DNA of 64,000 nt from a virus: positions 2,278 to 66,277 of IMG/VR virus record IMGVR_UViG_3300047667_000558; one strand, 5' to 3'. Shown here piece after piece: positions 1-9,396 of this stretch (positions within the stretch are counted from its first letter, which is position 1; the number at the start of each line of letters is the position of its first letter). The translations under genes and the position numbers were made by a program. The notes beneath the pieces are model-generated. The model was not told the DNA's origin, did no database searches, and saw only the letters and a list, made by a program, of their open reading frames with translations.

Positions 1-366
1 CTCATCAGTTTCTTCAATTGCGTCAACATTGTTAACCATGAATTTTAATACATTTGGACTGCGTCCGCGCTCAATACGATATTCTGTAGTGCCAACACTA
101 AATTCAACAGTTACTAACATGCCCTTGCTGTTTGTTTTGTTGATCAAATTATTTTTACGAATGTTGGTGATCGCGTTACCATATAGTGCATAGCTTAATG
201 CGTTGACCATTGTAGTCTTGCCCACGCCATTTCGTGCACCGTCGCCACCCAAGTCCAAGTTATTACCTAATACAAGCGTTAAACCTGAGTCTTGGAAATT
301 AACAGCTTGGGTCACGTTTCCGACCGACATAAAATTTTTGAGTGTGATGTTCTTAATACTAATCAT
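1..366 (-). CDS. gp46: Recombination endonuclease ATPase subunit (gp46/SbcC/Rad50-like), 5' part; runs off the window edge
   Basis: Not in the ORF track. Manual translation from the ATG at 366: MISIKNITLKNFMSVGNVTQAVNFQDSGLTLVLGNNLDLGGDGARNGVGKTTMVNAL, with the KNFMSVG motif and Walker A (NGVGKTT). Downstream of gp47; ATGA overlap with the preceding gene. Confidence 0.9.
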   Translation of the reverse strand, partial: MISIKNITLKNFMSVGNVTQAVNFQDSGLTLVLGNNLDLGGDGARNGVGKTTMVNALSYALYGNAITNIRKNNLINKTNSKGMLVTVEFSVGTTEYRIERGRSPNVLKFMVNNVDAIEETDE

Positions 367-671
367 TTAGGTGCTTCCTGTTGCATAAATTTAGCGAGCT
401 TATCCCATTTTTTCCGGTGGGCATCATGTTTTCTCTTGCCTGAAATCAACCCATGGTCGGCACATTTAAGGATCATGCATTCAAGATCACCTACCTCGTC
501 CGAAAGCCTATCTGCATTATCGAGAGGCTGTCCAGGTTGAATTTCGTCAATACCAAATCGCAACATCTTGGTTGCACGCTGAGCAACTTCCGCGCATTCT
601 TCAATCAAAATGATCAATAATTCGGCTTCGTATGCCGTTGGCATGGTTCCTGGGGTTATAAATTTAGTCAT
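363..671 (-). CDS. MazG-like all-alpha NTP pyrophosphohydrolase
   Basis: EECAEVAQ ... DEVGDL (ExxE...ExxD metal motif). Probable start MTKFITP at 671, overlapping the upstream stop. Confidence 0.7.
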   Translation of the reverse strand: MTKFITPGTMPTAYEAELLIILIEECAEVAQRATKMLRFGIDEIQPGQPLDNADRLSDEVGDLECMILKCADHGLISGKRKHDAHRKKWDKLAKFMQQEAPK

Positions 672-879
672 CTTGTAGTCCTTCTGTAAGCCATGTGGGT
701 AGCGTGTTGGCCTCTGACATGGCAGCACCTAGTAATACCATTAGATCGTCATGATTTGCCTCCATCAGCGCCTCTACGAGTTCTTTAAATTCAGGGTCGT
801 CTGATAACAATGTTCCATTTTTGTGGGCACGGTTACTCATATTTGTTACGCGGGTGTCTATTTCTTTAATATCTTTCAT
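664..879 (-). CDS. Small hypothetical protein (71 aa)
   Basis: Exactly fills the gap between gp47 and the MazG-like gene, same strand. Confidence 0.65.
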   Translation of the reverse strand: MKDIKEIDTRVTNMSNRAHKNGTLLSDDPEFKELVEALMEANHDDLMVLLGAAMSEANTLPTWLTEGLQDD

Positions 880-1902
880 TTATAAGTCCTTATATATATC
901 CATGAGCAGCTTTTGCTGGATCATGTCAGATTCAACCGTCTGTAACTGTTGGTAGACAATTTGGTCCACACTTTCCACACTGAATTCGCCCTCTTGGATA
1001 GGATCGGAGTTGTGTTCTTCTTTTTTCTGTGGTATAAGTGATAGTTCACAGGGATTAAATTGAGTCATAAATGTTTCTTTAATAAAATTGGCTTCTTCGT
1101 AGCTGATAGGGACGTCTAGGACTGCGCGACAATAAGTTCGATCATTTAAATAGTCACTAGGATTATCGATCAGGTCACTCAGATTTAATCGCACATACCG
1201 TGGACCTTCGAAGTTCACGTATGTTGGCACCCCGTCCCATTCTAGGAACATTGCGCCGCGATCCTCGTCCCATGCGTCTGCATAATTATGTGCAAAGGGG
1301 CTACCCAGATAATGAATTTTGTCTTTAGTTTGTCGCTTGTGGAAATGCCCACTGAACACATAATCAGCCGATTTGAAATCACTTGCGTTCAACTCACCTT
1401 GGTCAGGCATTTGCACCACTGCGTTCATCATGAAGTGTGGAAGCTCAAAATGACCAAAAACATATTTGGATTTCAGTTTCTTCATTTGTTTCCACTCGTC
1501 ACCAATCAACCACGGAACCAATGCAACATTACCAATTTCAGTGATGTGATCATTGATAATGTGCATGTTATCTAATAACTCTGCATACGGGAATGAGTTG
1601 AGTTCACGCTTTTCACGATAGAATAAATCATGGTTGCCCACGACAAAATATACCTCTTCAAAAGCGGCGCTCAATTTTTGTAAGTTCCTGACTGAATAGT
1701 TTAGGGTGGAGACATTCACGCTGGCACGGTTATGATGCCAGTCACCAGAAAAAATGCAAGTTTCGCATCCTCTGGCTTTGGCTTCATTAATGAACCAGTC
1801 AATGAACCGTTCACAGTCGTTGTTGTGGATTTTGGAGTTGTTCTTCATACCGAAATGGATATCGCTAAATATAGCGGCATGTTTGAATAAATTAGTTGTC
1901 AT
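880..1902 (-). CDS. gp47: Recombination endonuclease nuclease subunit (gp47/SbcD/Mre11 metallophosphoesterase)
   Basis: Motifs SDIHFG, GDWHH, GNHD, GHFE, SGHFH, YLGSP; adjacent to gp46. Confidence 0.93.
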   Translation of the reverse strand: MTTNLFKHAAIFSDIHFGMKNNSKIHNNDCERFIDWFINEAKARGCETCIFSGDWHHNRASVNVSTLNYSVRNLQKLSAAFEEVYFVVGNHDLFYREKRELNSFPYAELLDNMHIINDHITEIGNVALVPWLIGDEWKQMKKLKSKYVFGHFELPHFMMNAVVQMPDQGELNASDFKSADYVFSGHFHKRQTKDKIHYLGSPFAHNYADAWDEDRGAMFLEWDGVPTYVNFEGPRYVRLNLSDLIDNPSDYLNDRTYCRAVLDVPISYEEANFIKETFMTQFNPCELSLIPQKKEEHNSDPIQEGEFSVESVDQIVYQQLQTVESDMIQQKLLMDIYKDL

Positions 1903-1922
1903 ATGTTGCCTTATTTTACAAT

Positions 1923-1951
1923 ATTATATCATGATAAGTCATTGATGTCAA
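1923..1951 (-). promoter_or_regulatory. sigma70-type promoter for the gp47-gp46 operon
   Basis: Minus strand TTGACA-17 nt-TATAAT (perfect consensus). The -35 overlaps the gp55 stop codon. Confidence 0.85.
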
Positions 1952-2841
1952 AGAATATTATAACCACGGTCTTTAAGCTCTTGTTGGCCTTTTTCGATAT
2001 CATCCTCACGGGCACGTTGTTGTGCAACTTCGTCGTCGATTTGACGATTGAAGCTGGGCATGTACCCACTGTCTTGTAAAATATCGTCACGAATATGTTG
2101 GTTACGCTTCTCTAAGTTCAACACACGAGTGAACGAATTTTGTAAAATTTGAGTGTAATATGCGAATGGGTTGTCTGATCGTGCCTCATTGAATTTTAGG
2201 CCTACTTCGCTCAGTTGTAACAAGGCTGATGACTCCATTTCGTCACGGTAGCTGTAGCCACGCCAGTTGCCACGCATAGCATAGCGTTCTACCAACTTCA
2301 TCATCATCTTGGCCAACTCAGGGGTAAGACCACCATGATCCAGCCGGAATGACCCGTTTGCAAACCCATCTTGCCAGTGTGACCGCAAAACTTCTTGCCA
2401 CGTACCGTCCACACACGCATGATGCTGGAATGGAGGGAAATTTAGGCGTTCATGCTTGTCTGCCACTGTCTTTGGATTTTTCTTGCGACCTGGCGCTTCT
2501 GGGATATGATTATAAGTCATGACACGGATTACAACGTCGTCTGTATCTATGGTGCTGGCGTCAACCTTAAATTCAGCCTGCTTAGGCTTAGTAGCTAGTT
2601 TGCCAGATTCAGCGTCCCATTTGGTGATCCCTTTTTCATATCCAAGGCCGGACAAGCGGCGTGCCTTGTTTTCTTTAGCTTGTTGGATTGTCTCGTCATT
2701 GATATCATTAATGTCTTCGACAATAAGGTCAAAGGTCATAAATTTATCATCCATCGCATAACAATAACTTAATTTGCTGGAATGGATTTCTCTTAGCATG
2801 TCTTTGTTGTTTAAGTATTTCGTGGATTTTTTTCTAGCCAT
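1948..2841 (-). CDS. gp55: Late-transcription sigma factor, T4 gp55-like
   Basis: YLNNKDML at the N-terminus; NWRGYSYRDEM and KFNEARSDNPFAYYTQI motifs; gp55-gp47-gp46 synteny. Start placed at MARKK (2841), downstream of the promoter. Confidence 0.88.
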   Translation of the reverse strand: MARKKSTKYLNNKDMLREIHSSKLSYCYAMDDKFMTFDLIVEDINDINDETIQQAKENKARRLSGLGYEKGITKWDAESGKLATKPKQAEFKVDASTIDTDDVVIRVMTYNHIPEAPGRKKNPKTVADKHERLNFPPFQHHACVDGTWQEVLRSHWQDGFANGSFRLDHGGLTPELAKMMMKLVERYAMRGNWRGYSYRDEMESSALLQLSEVGLKFNEARSDNPFAYYTQILQNSFTRVLNLEKRNQHIRDDILQDSGYMPSFNRQIDDEVAQQRAREDDIEKGQQELKDRGYNIL

Positions 2842-2862
2842 TTTGGTTTCCTGTTCTATACT

Positions 2863-2891
2863 ATTATAATACTTTAACCCATTGATGTCAA
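2863..2891 (-). promoter_or_regulatory. sigma70-type promoter for gp55
   Basis: Minus strand TTGACA-17 nt-TATAAT, perfect consensus. Confidence 0.85.
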
Positions 2892-2907
2892 ACACTATTT
2901 TTTGGCT

Positions 2908-2915
2908 GATAAATA
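2908..2915 (+). promoter_or_regulatory. Putative late promoter (GATAAATA) for the baseplate operon
   Basis: Variant of T4 late TATAAATA upstream of structural genes; TAAATA recurs before most structural gene blocks in the window. Confidence 0.6.
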
Positions 2916-2978
2916 TCATCACACAGTGTATGCCTAATTATATAGGTATATTATCACTGGTATTTATCGGGAAATAAA

Positions 2979-3620
2979 ATGGCACCACGCAAAGATTTAA
3001 GAGCAAGATTATCACCTAGAGGTTCTGCATACTCCGGTCGAAGTGGCGTGGCAGCATTTGAAACAAATTATAATGTGCCGTTCGAAGGCCCAGGCGCAGC
3101 GTTGCGCACAACAAACGGCATTATATTCCCATTCACTCCAAATATTAACGTAGCCCATACCGTGGAATATAGTCAATATGACCTAGTTCATACCAACTAC
3201 CAGCAAAATGCATATAGCAGGACCCGAAATCCTTCTATTCAAATTTCAGGGGTGTTTGCCAGTCAGACCCCAGAAGAAGCAGCATACACGGTAGGTGTTA
3301 TGCATTTCCTACGAGTAATGAGTAAAATGAATTTCGGCACAAGTGATGATGAACGCGGCACCCCGCCCCCTGTGTGTGAGTTTAATGCATATGGCACATA
3401 TAACTTTCACCGCGTCCCAGTGTTAATCGGTGATTTCACCTTTAACTATGAGGACGATACAGATTATGTGGAAGTCGGGGTCAATGGTGAAACTGTACAA
3501 ATTCCGGCAATGATGACAATTGCTATCAGTCTGATACCACAATATTCCGCTAGCAAGCAAAATAGCTTCAATCTAGGTGAATTTGCACAAGGCACTGGAT
3601 ACAAAAGAGGATTCTTATAA
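2979..3620 (+). CDS. Baseplate/tail-tube initiator-like protein
   Basis: GIIFPFTPNI, HTNY, GTPPPVCEFNAYG..NF..VPV motifs typical of contractile-tail tube initiators; first gene of the baseplate block. Confidence 0.65.
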   Translation: MAPRKDLRARLSPRGSAYSGRSGVAAFETNYNVPFEGPGAALRTTNGIIFPFTPNINVAHTVEYSQYDLVHTNYQQNAYSRTRNPSIQISGVFASQTPEEAAYTVGVMHFLRVMSKMNFGTSDDERGTPPPVCEFNAYGTYNFHRVPVLIGDFTFNYEDDTDYVEVGVNGETVQIPAMMTIAISLIPQYSASKQNSFNLGEFAQGTGYKRGFL

Positions 3621-3907
3621 TGGCTTACAAACAAACTAGTCACCTGAGTGCAACTCCGGTAGTAAACGGTTATACAACGATGTATAACCCTTCAATCAGG
3701 CCAAATTACTCACAAACAACAGTGTTTACACTAACACAAAAATACAATAAGCGACCAGATATATTGGCATATGAGCGTTATGGCGAAGCGGCATATTGGT
3801 GGGTGTTTGTTGTTTATAACAAGAATTTAATTCTTGACCCCATCAATGACTTCACCACGGGACTAACTATATTAGTCCCTAACAGAAACTTTATCGCAGG
3901 ATTATAA
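3620..3907 (+). CDS. Baseplate wedge LysM-type protein (gp53-like)
   Basis: RPDILAYERYG...WWVF...N...DPI.DF..G..I.VP signature. Confidence 0.8.
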   Translation: MAYKQTSHLSATPVVNGYTTMYNPSIRPNYSQTTVFTLTQKYNKRPDILAYERYGEAAYWWVFVVYNKNLILDPINDFTTGLTILVPNRNFIAGL

Positions 3908-6009
3908 TGACCTATTTACCCAACGCCCTAAATGTATACGAGACCTATACATACAATCTCAAATTGTATATGATTAAACCTGAAAACACGCCACAAATGG
4001 AAAAAAACCTTCCGCAGTTCGGTGGTAATGCAGCATTAATCATAGATAACGCTGGTGTTGCGGATTACAATATTAACAACCTCGAACAGCAGTATGTTGT
4101 AGGGCACAACAGGGTGCGAAACACGTTCGTAAATAGATTCACAATACAAGTGGCCGAAGCAAATGGTGTTACGCTATTGGATACTATTCGGCGCAACGCT
4201 GCCGCAATGGGAATTGTAGATCACAAGCAGGCGGTATATATATTAGTAATAGAATTTAATGGCCGAAAGTCTGACGGATTGGCCCACAAGCACCCACAGG
4301 TATTTTATTATCCAATCAAGATCACAGATTTCCAATTTAAGGTTGACGAAGGTGGTACAAATTATAGCATCACTGCAATTGAAAACTCAACCAGTGCTTA
4401 TAATTATTTGAGCAACGTAATCAAAAATCAGGTGACAATTTTAGCTAGTACGGTCGGTGAGTTTTTCACGGAATTTGTCAAGTTGGCTAACCGATCTGCT
4501 GAAGATGCCATCGTGTATTCAGTTGATCAATTGTTTGCTGACACCTTTGATATCACATTCGACGATTCAATCGGTGACTGGAAGAATTGGCAATTTCAAG
4601 CAATTACCGAAGAACAAACACACGACAATGTTAATATTATTTCAGCAGGCGTAGGTTCAGGCGACAGTTTATTACAAATAACTATTACTAACGGATCAAA
4701 CTTAACGGATATTGTCAATATTATATTGAGCCAAACAGCAGAATATAAACAGATTGTGCTAGAAGGTAGTGGCAATTCTGAATTTGCAAGACCGCACCCC
4801 AGTGATGATGTGACCACAGACTTGGCTCAGTTGCCAGTATTTCACAAGGTAGTGGCCGATGTGATATATGAGGACTATGACTGGTTACGAGGCGACTATA
4901 CCCGAAAATGTTATTACCGTGTTATTCCGTATATCAAGCCCGAACAAATATTAAGCCCAGAGCAATATGTTCGCGGCATCACCAATGCAGCTATTCAGGC
5001 TCGCAGAGTGCAGGCGTTAAAAGACAGAGGATTATTACGTAAAAAATATGATTACATTTTTACAGGTGGCAACACAGAGGTATTAGAATTTGATATTTCA
5101 ATTGATTACGCATATTACCACACCACACCTTATGGTGGTGGTATGCTTGGCAACGCAAATATAACGGCACCGACGCAGGCCGGAGCAAATGACAGTCCAT
5201 TAGGCGTACTAATTGATAACATATCACAACTGAAATCCCAAATATCAGAATTAGGAAGGTCACAGCGAAGCGCTGAAAACCGAATCACACTTAGCCAGCC
5301 CGGTCCATTTGGGGAACAAAATCGCAATTCTGATGCCGCCACTGTTGCAAACACAACTGCTCAGATACAGGGATTTGCCACGGATGTCCGACGAGAAGCC
5401 GCAGCACTCGGAATACTACTGCAGGAATCTGGCATGACAGGCAGCGAAGTTGCAATGGCTCTACGGTTTGCACAAGACGTTATCAGTGACGGAGACACAG
5501 CAGGCAGTGATAACGATAATACTGGTGGACACTTAAAGTTTGGTGCATTGGTAGCCAATATTGAAAACCAAGCCGACCTAATGACCATTGAACTAGGCAT
5601 TCGCGGTGACCCATATTGGTTAGGGAAACCTAACAGTTTTTATGATACCGCGCTAAAAAACGGCGAAAATCTTGCTGACTTTGAGCGAGGATCAAACGGA
5701 TTTTATCTTAAATGTTCGTTGCCATATCCGTTTGAAGATGCAGACGGTAGACGCAAGCCCAATGTAGAATATGAAATTAGTGGATTTTATACGGTAATAG
5801 ACGTGATTACCCGTTATACAGGTGGACAGTTTACCATGTATTTGAACGCGGTCCGTGACTTAGGAACAAATACCCCAACGGCACAGGACATATTGGACAA
5901 CTTGCCGAACTATAGTCCACCTGGCGTAGATTCAACTACGACTAATCAACAAGTTGATGCAGCAGCATTAGCCGCTCTTTTCCAACCGCTCCAGTCAGGG
6001 ATCGCATAA
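3907..6009 (+). CDS. Baseplate hub protein (gp27/VgrG N-terminal-like)
   Basis: N-terminal NALNVYETYTYNLKLY; C-terminal IRGDPYW and SGFYTVIDV...GGQFT; immediately upstream of gp5. Confidence 0.65.
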   Translation: MTYLPNALNVYETYTYNLKLYMIKPENTPQMEKNLPQFGGNAALIIDNAGVADYNINNLEQQYVVGHNRVRNTFVNRFTIQVAEANGVTLLDTIRRNAAAMGIVDHKQAVYILVIEFNGRKSDGLAHKHPQVFYYPIKITDFQFKVDEGGTNYSITAIENSTSAYNYLSNVIKNQVTILASTVGEFFTEFVKLANRSAEDAIVYSVDQLFADTFDITFDDSIGDWKNWQFQAITEEQTHDNVNIISAGVGSGDSLLQITITNGSNLTDIVNIILSQTAEYKQIVLEGSGNSEFARPHPSDDVTTDLAQLPVFHKVVADVIYEDYDWLRGDYTRKCYYRVIPYIKPEQILSPEQYVRGITNAAIQARRVQALKDRGLLRKKYDYIFTGGNTEVLEFDISIDYAYYHTTPYGGGMLGNANITAPTQAGANDSPLGVLIDNISQLKSQISELGRSQRSAENRITLSQPGPFGEQNRNSDAATVANTTAQIQGFATDVRREAAALGILLQESGMTGSEVAMALRFAQDVISDGDTAGSDNDNTGGHLKFGALVANIENQADLMTIELGIRGDPYWLGKPNSFYDTALKNGENLADFERGSNGFYLKCSLPYPFEDADGRRKPNVEYEISGFYTVIDVITRYTGGQFTMYLNAVRDLGTNTPTAQDILDNLPNYSPPGVDSTTTNQQVDAAALAALFQPLQSGIA

Positions 6010-6024
6010 CACAGGAAGTAATTA

Positions 6025-7767
6025 ATGTCAAAAGATAGAAGCTCAGATACCTATAGCCGCAAGGTCCGTGAGGCATATAATCAAAATACCATGTCCAAGG
6101 GGATCAAAATTCCGTCTGGCGTTTACCGTGGAATTGTGGTTAATAATCAAGACCCTGTCAAAAAAGGCCGGATCAGAGTACAGATTATGAAATTCTATGG
6201 AACAGCCGTTGTTGGCTCTGATGCAGATGCAACCAACAACTCTGATGGCAGTGAATGGGTGGGTGCAATGTGGTGCCGCCAAATGCTGCCAACAGGTGGA
6301 ACGACTGTACCAGAAGGCGAGGCAGGCTCGGTAGGACAAACTACATACGGTGCATTTGGTCCGCCGCCCAGTCTAGGCAATGAGGTATTAGTCGCCTTTG
6401 GTGGTGATATGCACAGTGGTATTGTTATCGGGGTATTGCCCGATATTGACAGAAGTGACGGCATTGCTGGCGCTGGCATCCAGCGTGAAACCACCGCTGG
6501 AAACACAATGTCACTAGAAACCCCTAAGACTGCTAACTCGGCAGACGCTACGCCATCACCACATCCACAAAACGCCGCATTGATAAACCAAGGGATACAA
6601 GACGATCTCGTGCGGGGCCAAAACACCAGTTCCCCCGCACGCGATCCAAGTTCGCGAGTTGGTGGTATGAGCAGCCCAGCAGGACATTCTATTGTCATGG
6701 ACGATGGTAGCTTGGAAGACGGACAGGGGTTGCGTATGCGGCTACGAACTGCGGGTGGTGCACAAATTCTTATGGATGATACGCTAGGGTTAACCTACAT
6801 CAACAACCGTGAAGGCAATGTTTGGATTGAATTAAATCGCAATGGCGATATGGACATCTATGCAGGTGGTAGTATCAATTATCATGCTGAAAATGACTTC
6901 AACGTACATTGTGGTGGAAATTTTAATGTACAATCTGGCGGCGACATTAATATGAAATCACTAGGCGCACAAGGAATAAAAATGGAGGCGGCAAGAGGCA
7001 GTTTCAATATGAAATGTGCAGCCAACATGAATTTACAAGCTGACGCAAACGGTAATATTCGGGTCGCAGGCAACTACCGTGAAACTGCTGGCCGCATCGA
7101 TATGAATGGCCCAGCAGCAGCCGCCGCAGCAACCCCATCCATTGTCCAGCATGCAGGCAACACAAACATAACTGAAAGCGTGTCGACACGTGTACCAGAG
7201 CATGAACCATGGGCAGGCCACTTAGACGTGTCTACGCGACCATCGGGCACAACAAGTAGTGATACTACATACTATGGTGCTCCGGTCGATGTGGAAAGTT
7301 TCGACGGCCAAACGGGTAGCTTGTCATTTAATGACTTTTCCAGAGTAACATTACCACCAAATTCACGATTGTCCTTCCAATCAGGCGTCGATACTCGTGT
7401 CGATCCGGCACTCATTACCACTATGGAAGAAGTCGCCCGCCAATTTGGTCGCTCGTTAGTTATTTCCAGTGGTGCACGTGATCCAACTAGAAATGAAACT
7501 GCTGGCGGCGCAACAAACTCACAGCATCTTCTTGGCCATGCAGTCGACGTATCCGGCGCAGCACTTTCAAATGCTGACCGAATTTCACTGGTTAAAATTG
7601 CAAGTACGATAGGCATACGCGGCATCGGGGTATACTCAGGTGGCGGCATGCACTTTGATAATCGAACAGGCGCAAGAGCAGGATGGGGCAATAATTACTC
7701 TTATACATCATTGGCAGCATATGTCGCACCAACAGTAAACAAACACCGCGCAGGAGGATTTTCATAA
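6025..7767 (+). CDS. gp5: Baseplate central spike (gp5-like) with C-terminal peptidase M15 domain
   Basis: OB fold (GIVVNNQDPVKKGRIRV, PPSLGNEVLV), GHSIVMDD, beta-helix repeats and PEHEPW. The C-terminal SGARDP..N...GGA.NSQHL.G.AVD...GIGVY...HFD matches a Zn peptidase of the M15 family. Confidence 0.85.
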   Translation: MSKDRSSDTYSRKVREAYNQNTMSKGIKIPSGVYRGIVVNNQDPVKKGRIRVQIMKFYGTAVVGSDADATNNSDGSEWVGAMWCRQMLPTGGTTVPEGEAGSVGQTTYGAFGPPPSLGNEVLVAFGGDMHSGIVIGVLPDIDRSDGIAGAGIQRETTAGNTMSLETPKTANSADATPSPHPQNAALINQGIQDDLVRGQNTSSPARDPSSRVGGMSSPAGHSIVMDDGSLEDGQGLRMRLRTAGGAQILMDDTLGLTYINNREGNVWIELNRNGDMDIYAGGSINYHAENDFNVHCGGNFNVQSGGDINMKSLGAQGIKMEAARGSFNMKCAANMNLQADANGNIRVAGNYRETAGRIDMNGPAAAAAATPSIVQHAGNTNITESVSTRVPEHEPWAGHLDVSTRPSGTTSSDTTYYGAPVDVESFDGQTGSLSFNDFSRVTLPPNSRLSFQSGVDTRVDPALITTMEEVARQFGRSLVISSGARDPTRNETAGGATNSQHLLGHAVDVSGAALSNADRISLVKIASTIGIRGIGVYSGGGMHFDNRTGARAGWGNNYSYTSLAAYVAPTVNKHRAGGFS

Positions 7768-8480
7768 TGTTAACTATAGTTGCAGCCCAATACCGCATAC
7801 AATGGGAAACCTTTACCGTACAAAATGCATTTGCAGTTGACTATCGTTATCCGGTACGTAGGGCAACTGTGAGTGACGGAATGAAAGACCTGATACTTAG
7901 CCGCCGCACATGGTCAGGCGTCCGTAAAAAAGACCCTACAACAGGAAAATATGTCATCGGATATGGCGTAGGTGATCCCGACGACGTACAAGGGTATACT
8001 GAATCGCAGGCATACGCGGAATGGGTTGGTGACTTGCGTAATCGTCAGAAACGTCTTATTGCACAGTTGCCAATATTATATGTCACACAAACAATATTTG
8101 ACGCACTACTAAGTCTGTATATTGACACTGGTACATGGAGAACTGTGCAAGCAGAAGAAGGCACGTATGATCTCGCCACGTCCGTAAAAGATGGGAATTG
8201 GTTATTAGCTGCGGATATTATATCACGAGGCAAAATCAATAATGATCTGCGGAAAAAAGAAGCACGGGCGATGCGATTAGGTGACTATAGTTTTACTAAA
8301 ACGCGCAATCAACAAGTTGCTCAAGGCGTGCAACTATTGCGCACACAATACGTAGCGGGAATTGCCAATGAATTTGATAAAAAGCAAACAGAATTTGTAT
8401 ACTATCGACAGTTTGGTACATTTTTGCCAGGAATGACACAATTGCGGCAACGCAGAGTAATTGCACAAGCTAGAACTTAA
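7767..8480 (+). CDS. Baseplate-associated lysozyme-fold (GH24-like) protein, probably catalytically degenerate
   Basis: KD...GKYVIGYG, TQ..FDALLSL and L..R.KEA-like motifs of phage lysozymes. The expected E-G catalytic position reads RTWSG. Confidence 0.55.
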   Translation: MLTIVAAQYRIQWETFTVQNAFAVDYRYPVRRATVSDGMKDLILSRRTWSGVRKKDPTTGKYVIGYGVGDPDDVQGYTESQAYAEWVGDLRNRQKRLIAQLPILYVTQTIFDALLSLYIDTGTWRTVQAEEGTYDLATSVKDGNWLLAADIISRGKINNDLRKKEARAMRLGDYSFTKTRNQQVAQGVQLLRTQYVAGIANEFDKKQTEFVYYRQFGTFLPGMTQLRQRRVIAQART

Positions 8481-8770
8481 CCATATTTTAGCTTCATCAT
8501 GACTTTTCCTCCGTCAGAAATTTCTGTATTTTCTTCCAGCCATTCATCAAACGTATAAAATCGACGACCGTTCAAATACCATTGCTTGTTACCATCTGCC
8601 TCTTCAATAGCTGGCCCGTCAGTGCGGTGAATTCTGTCGTTCAACCACCAATAGTTGTCACCATCCGCCCATTCAGCGGCAGGTCCGTCTGTACGGTGGT
8701 AGTCGCCGTTCATCGTCCAAAATTTGTTGCCTGTGCTATCCGTAGTCATTATTGGCGTTGTATCAACCAT
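8477..8770 (-). CDS. HRxDGPA-repeat (MORN-like) protein, paralogue A
   Basis: Two 23-aa HRTDGPA.E.ADG.K.W repeats plus the C-terminal cap FDEWL...KVMMKLKYG. Confidence 0.85.
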   Translation of the reverse strand: MVDTTPIMTTDSTGNKFWTMNGDYHRTDGPAAEWADGDNYWWLNDRIHRTDGPAIEEADGNKQWYLNGRRFYTFDEWLEENTEISDGGKVMMKLKYG

Positions 8771-9059
8771 ATTGTAACTTTAACATAACTTTATCTTCCT
8801 CAGTTAATGCGCAATTTTGATCAAGCCATTCATCAAACGTATAATGATTGCCATGTAACCACCATTCCTTGTTGCCATTTGCCGATTCAATAGCGGGTCC
8901 GTCAACTCGGTGAATTCTGTCGTTCAACCACCAATATTTGTCGCCATCCGCCCATTCAGCGGCAGGTCCGTCTGTACGGTGGTAGCCGCGATTCATCGTC
9001 CAAAATTTGTTGCCTGTGCTATCCGTAGTCATTATTGGCGTTGTATCATCCATATTGTA
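8625..9059. repeat. ~152-bp direct repeat (8625-8776 and 8908-9059) covering the 5' halves of paralogues A and B
   Basis: Visual alignment gives about 6 mismatches in 152 nt; offset 283 nt. Confidence 0.9.
8763..9053 (-). CDS. HRxDGPA-repeat protein, paralogue B
   Basis: Two repeats plus the cap ending KVMLKLQYG; 8-bp overlaps with both neighbours. Confidence 0.85.
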   Translation of the reverse strand: MDDTTPIMTTDSTGNKFWTMNRGYHRTDGPAAEWADGDKYWWLNDRIHRVDGPAIESANGNKEWWLHGNHYTFDEWLDQNCALTEEDKVMLKLQYG

Positions 9060-9396
9060 GCTTCATCATGACTTTTTCTTCATCTGAAATTTCTGTATTT
9101 GCTTCCAGCCATTCTTCAAACGTATAGTATCTGCCGCGCAATCGGAATTCTACATACCCATCAGCAAATTCAACCGCAGGACCATCTGTTCGGTGAGTGC
9201 TGCCGTATTGGCACCAAAATCTGCCACCATCTGCGCATTCAATAGCAGGACCGTCAGTGCGATGATTTTCCCCATTCAACCGCCATATCTTGTCGCCATC
9301 CGCCCATTCAGCGGCAGGCCCATCTTCGCGATGCAGTCGACCATGCAATCGCCAAAATTTGTTGCCCTTCCGATCTATTTCCATCTTTGGTTCCAT
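9046..9396 (-). CDS. HRxDGPA-repeat protein, paralogue C
   Basis: Three repeats plus the cap ending KVMMKLQYG. Confidence 0.85.
   Translation of the reverse strand: MEPKMEIDRKGNKFWRLHGRLHREDGPAAEWADGDKIWRLNGENHRTDGPAIECADGGRFWCQYGSTHRTDGPAVEFADGYVEFRLRGRYYTFEEWLEANTEISDEEKVMMKLQYG

Noticed and set aside
8625-9059. Near-identical repeat pair as a diversity-generating retroelement TR/VR
   Set aside because: Mismatches are not adenine-specific on either strand, both copies are coding 5' halves, and no reverse transcriptase is in the window.
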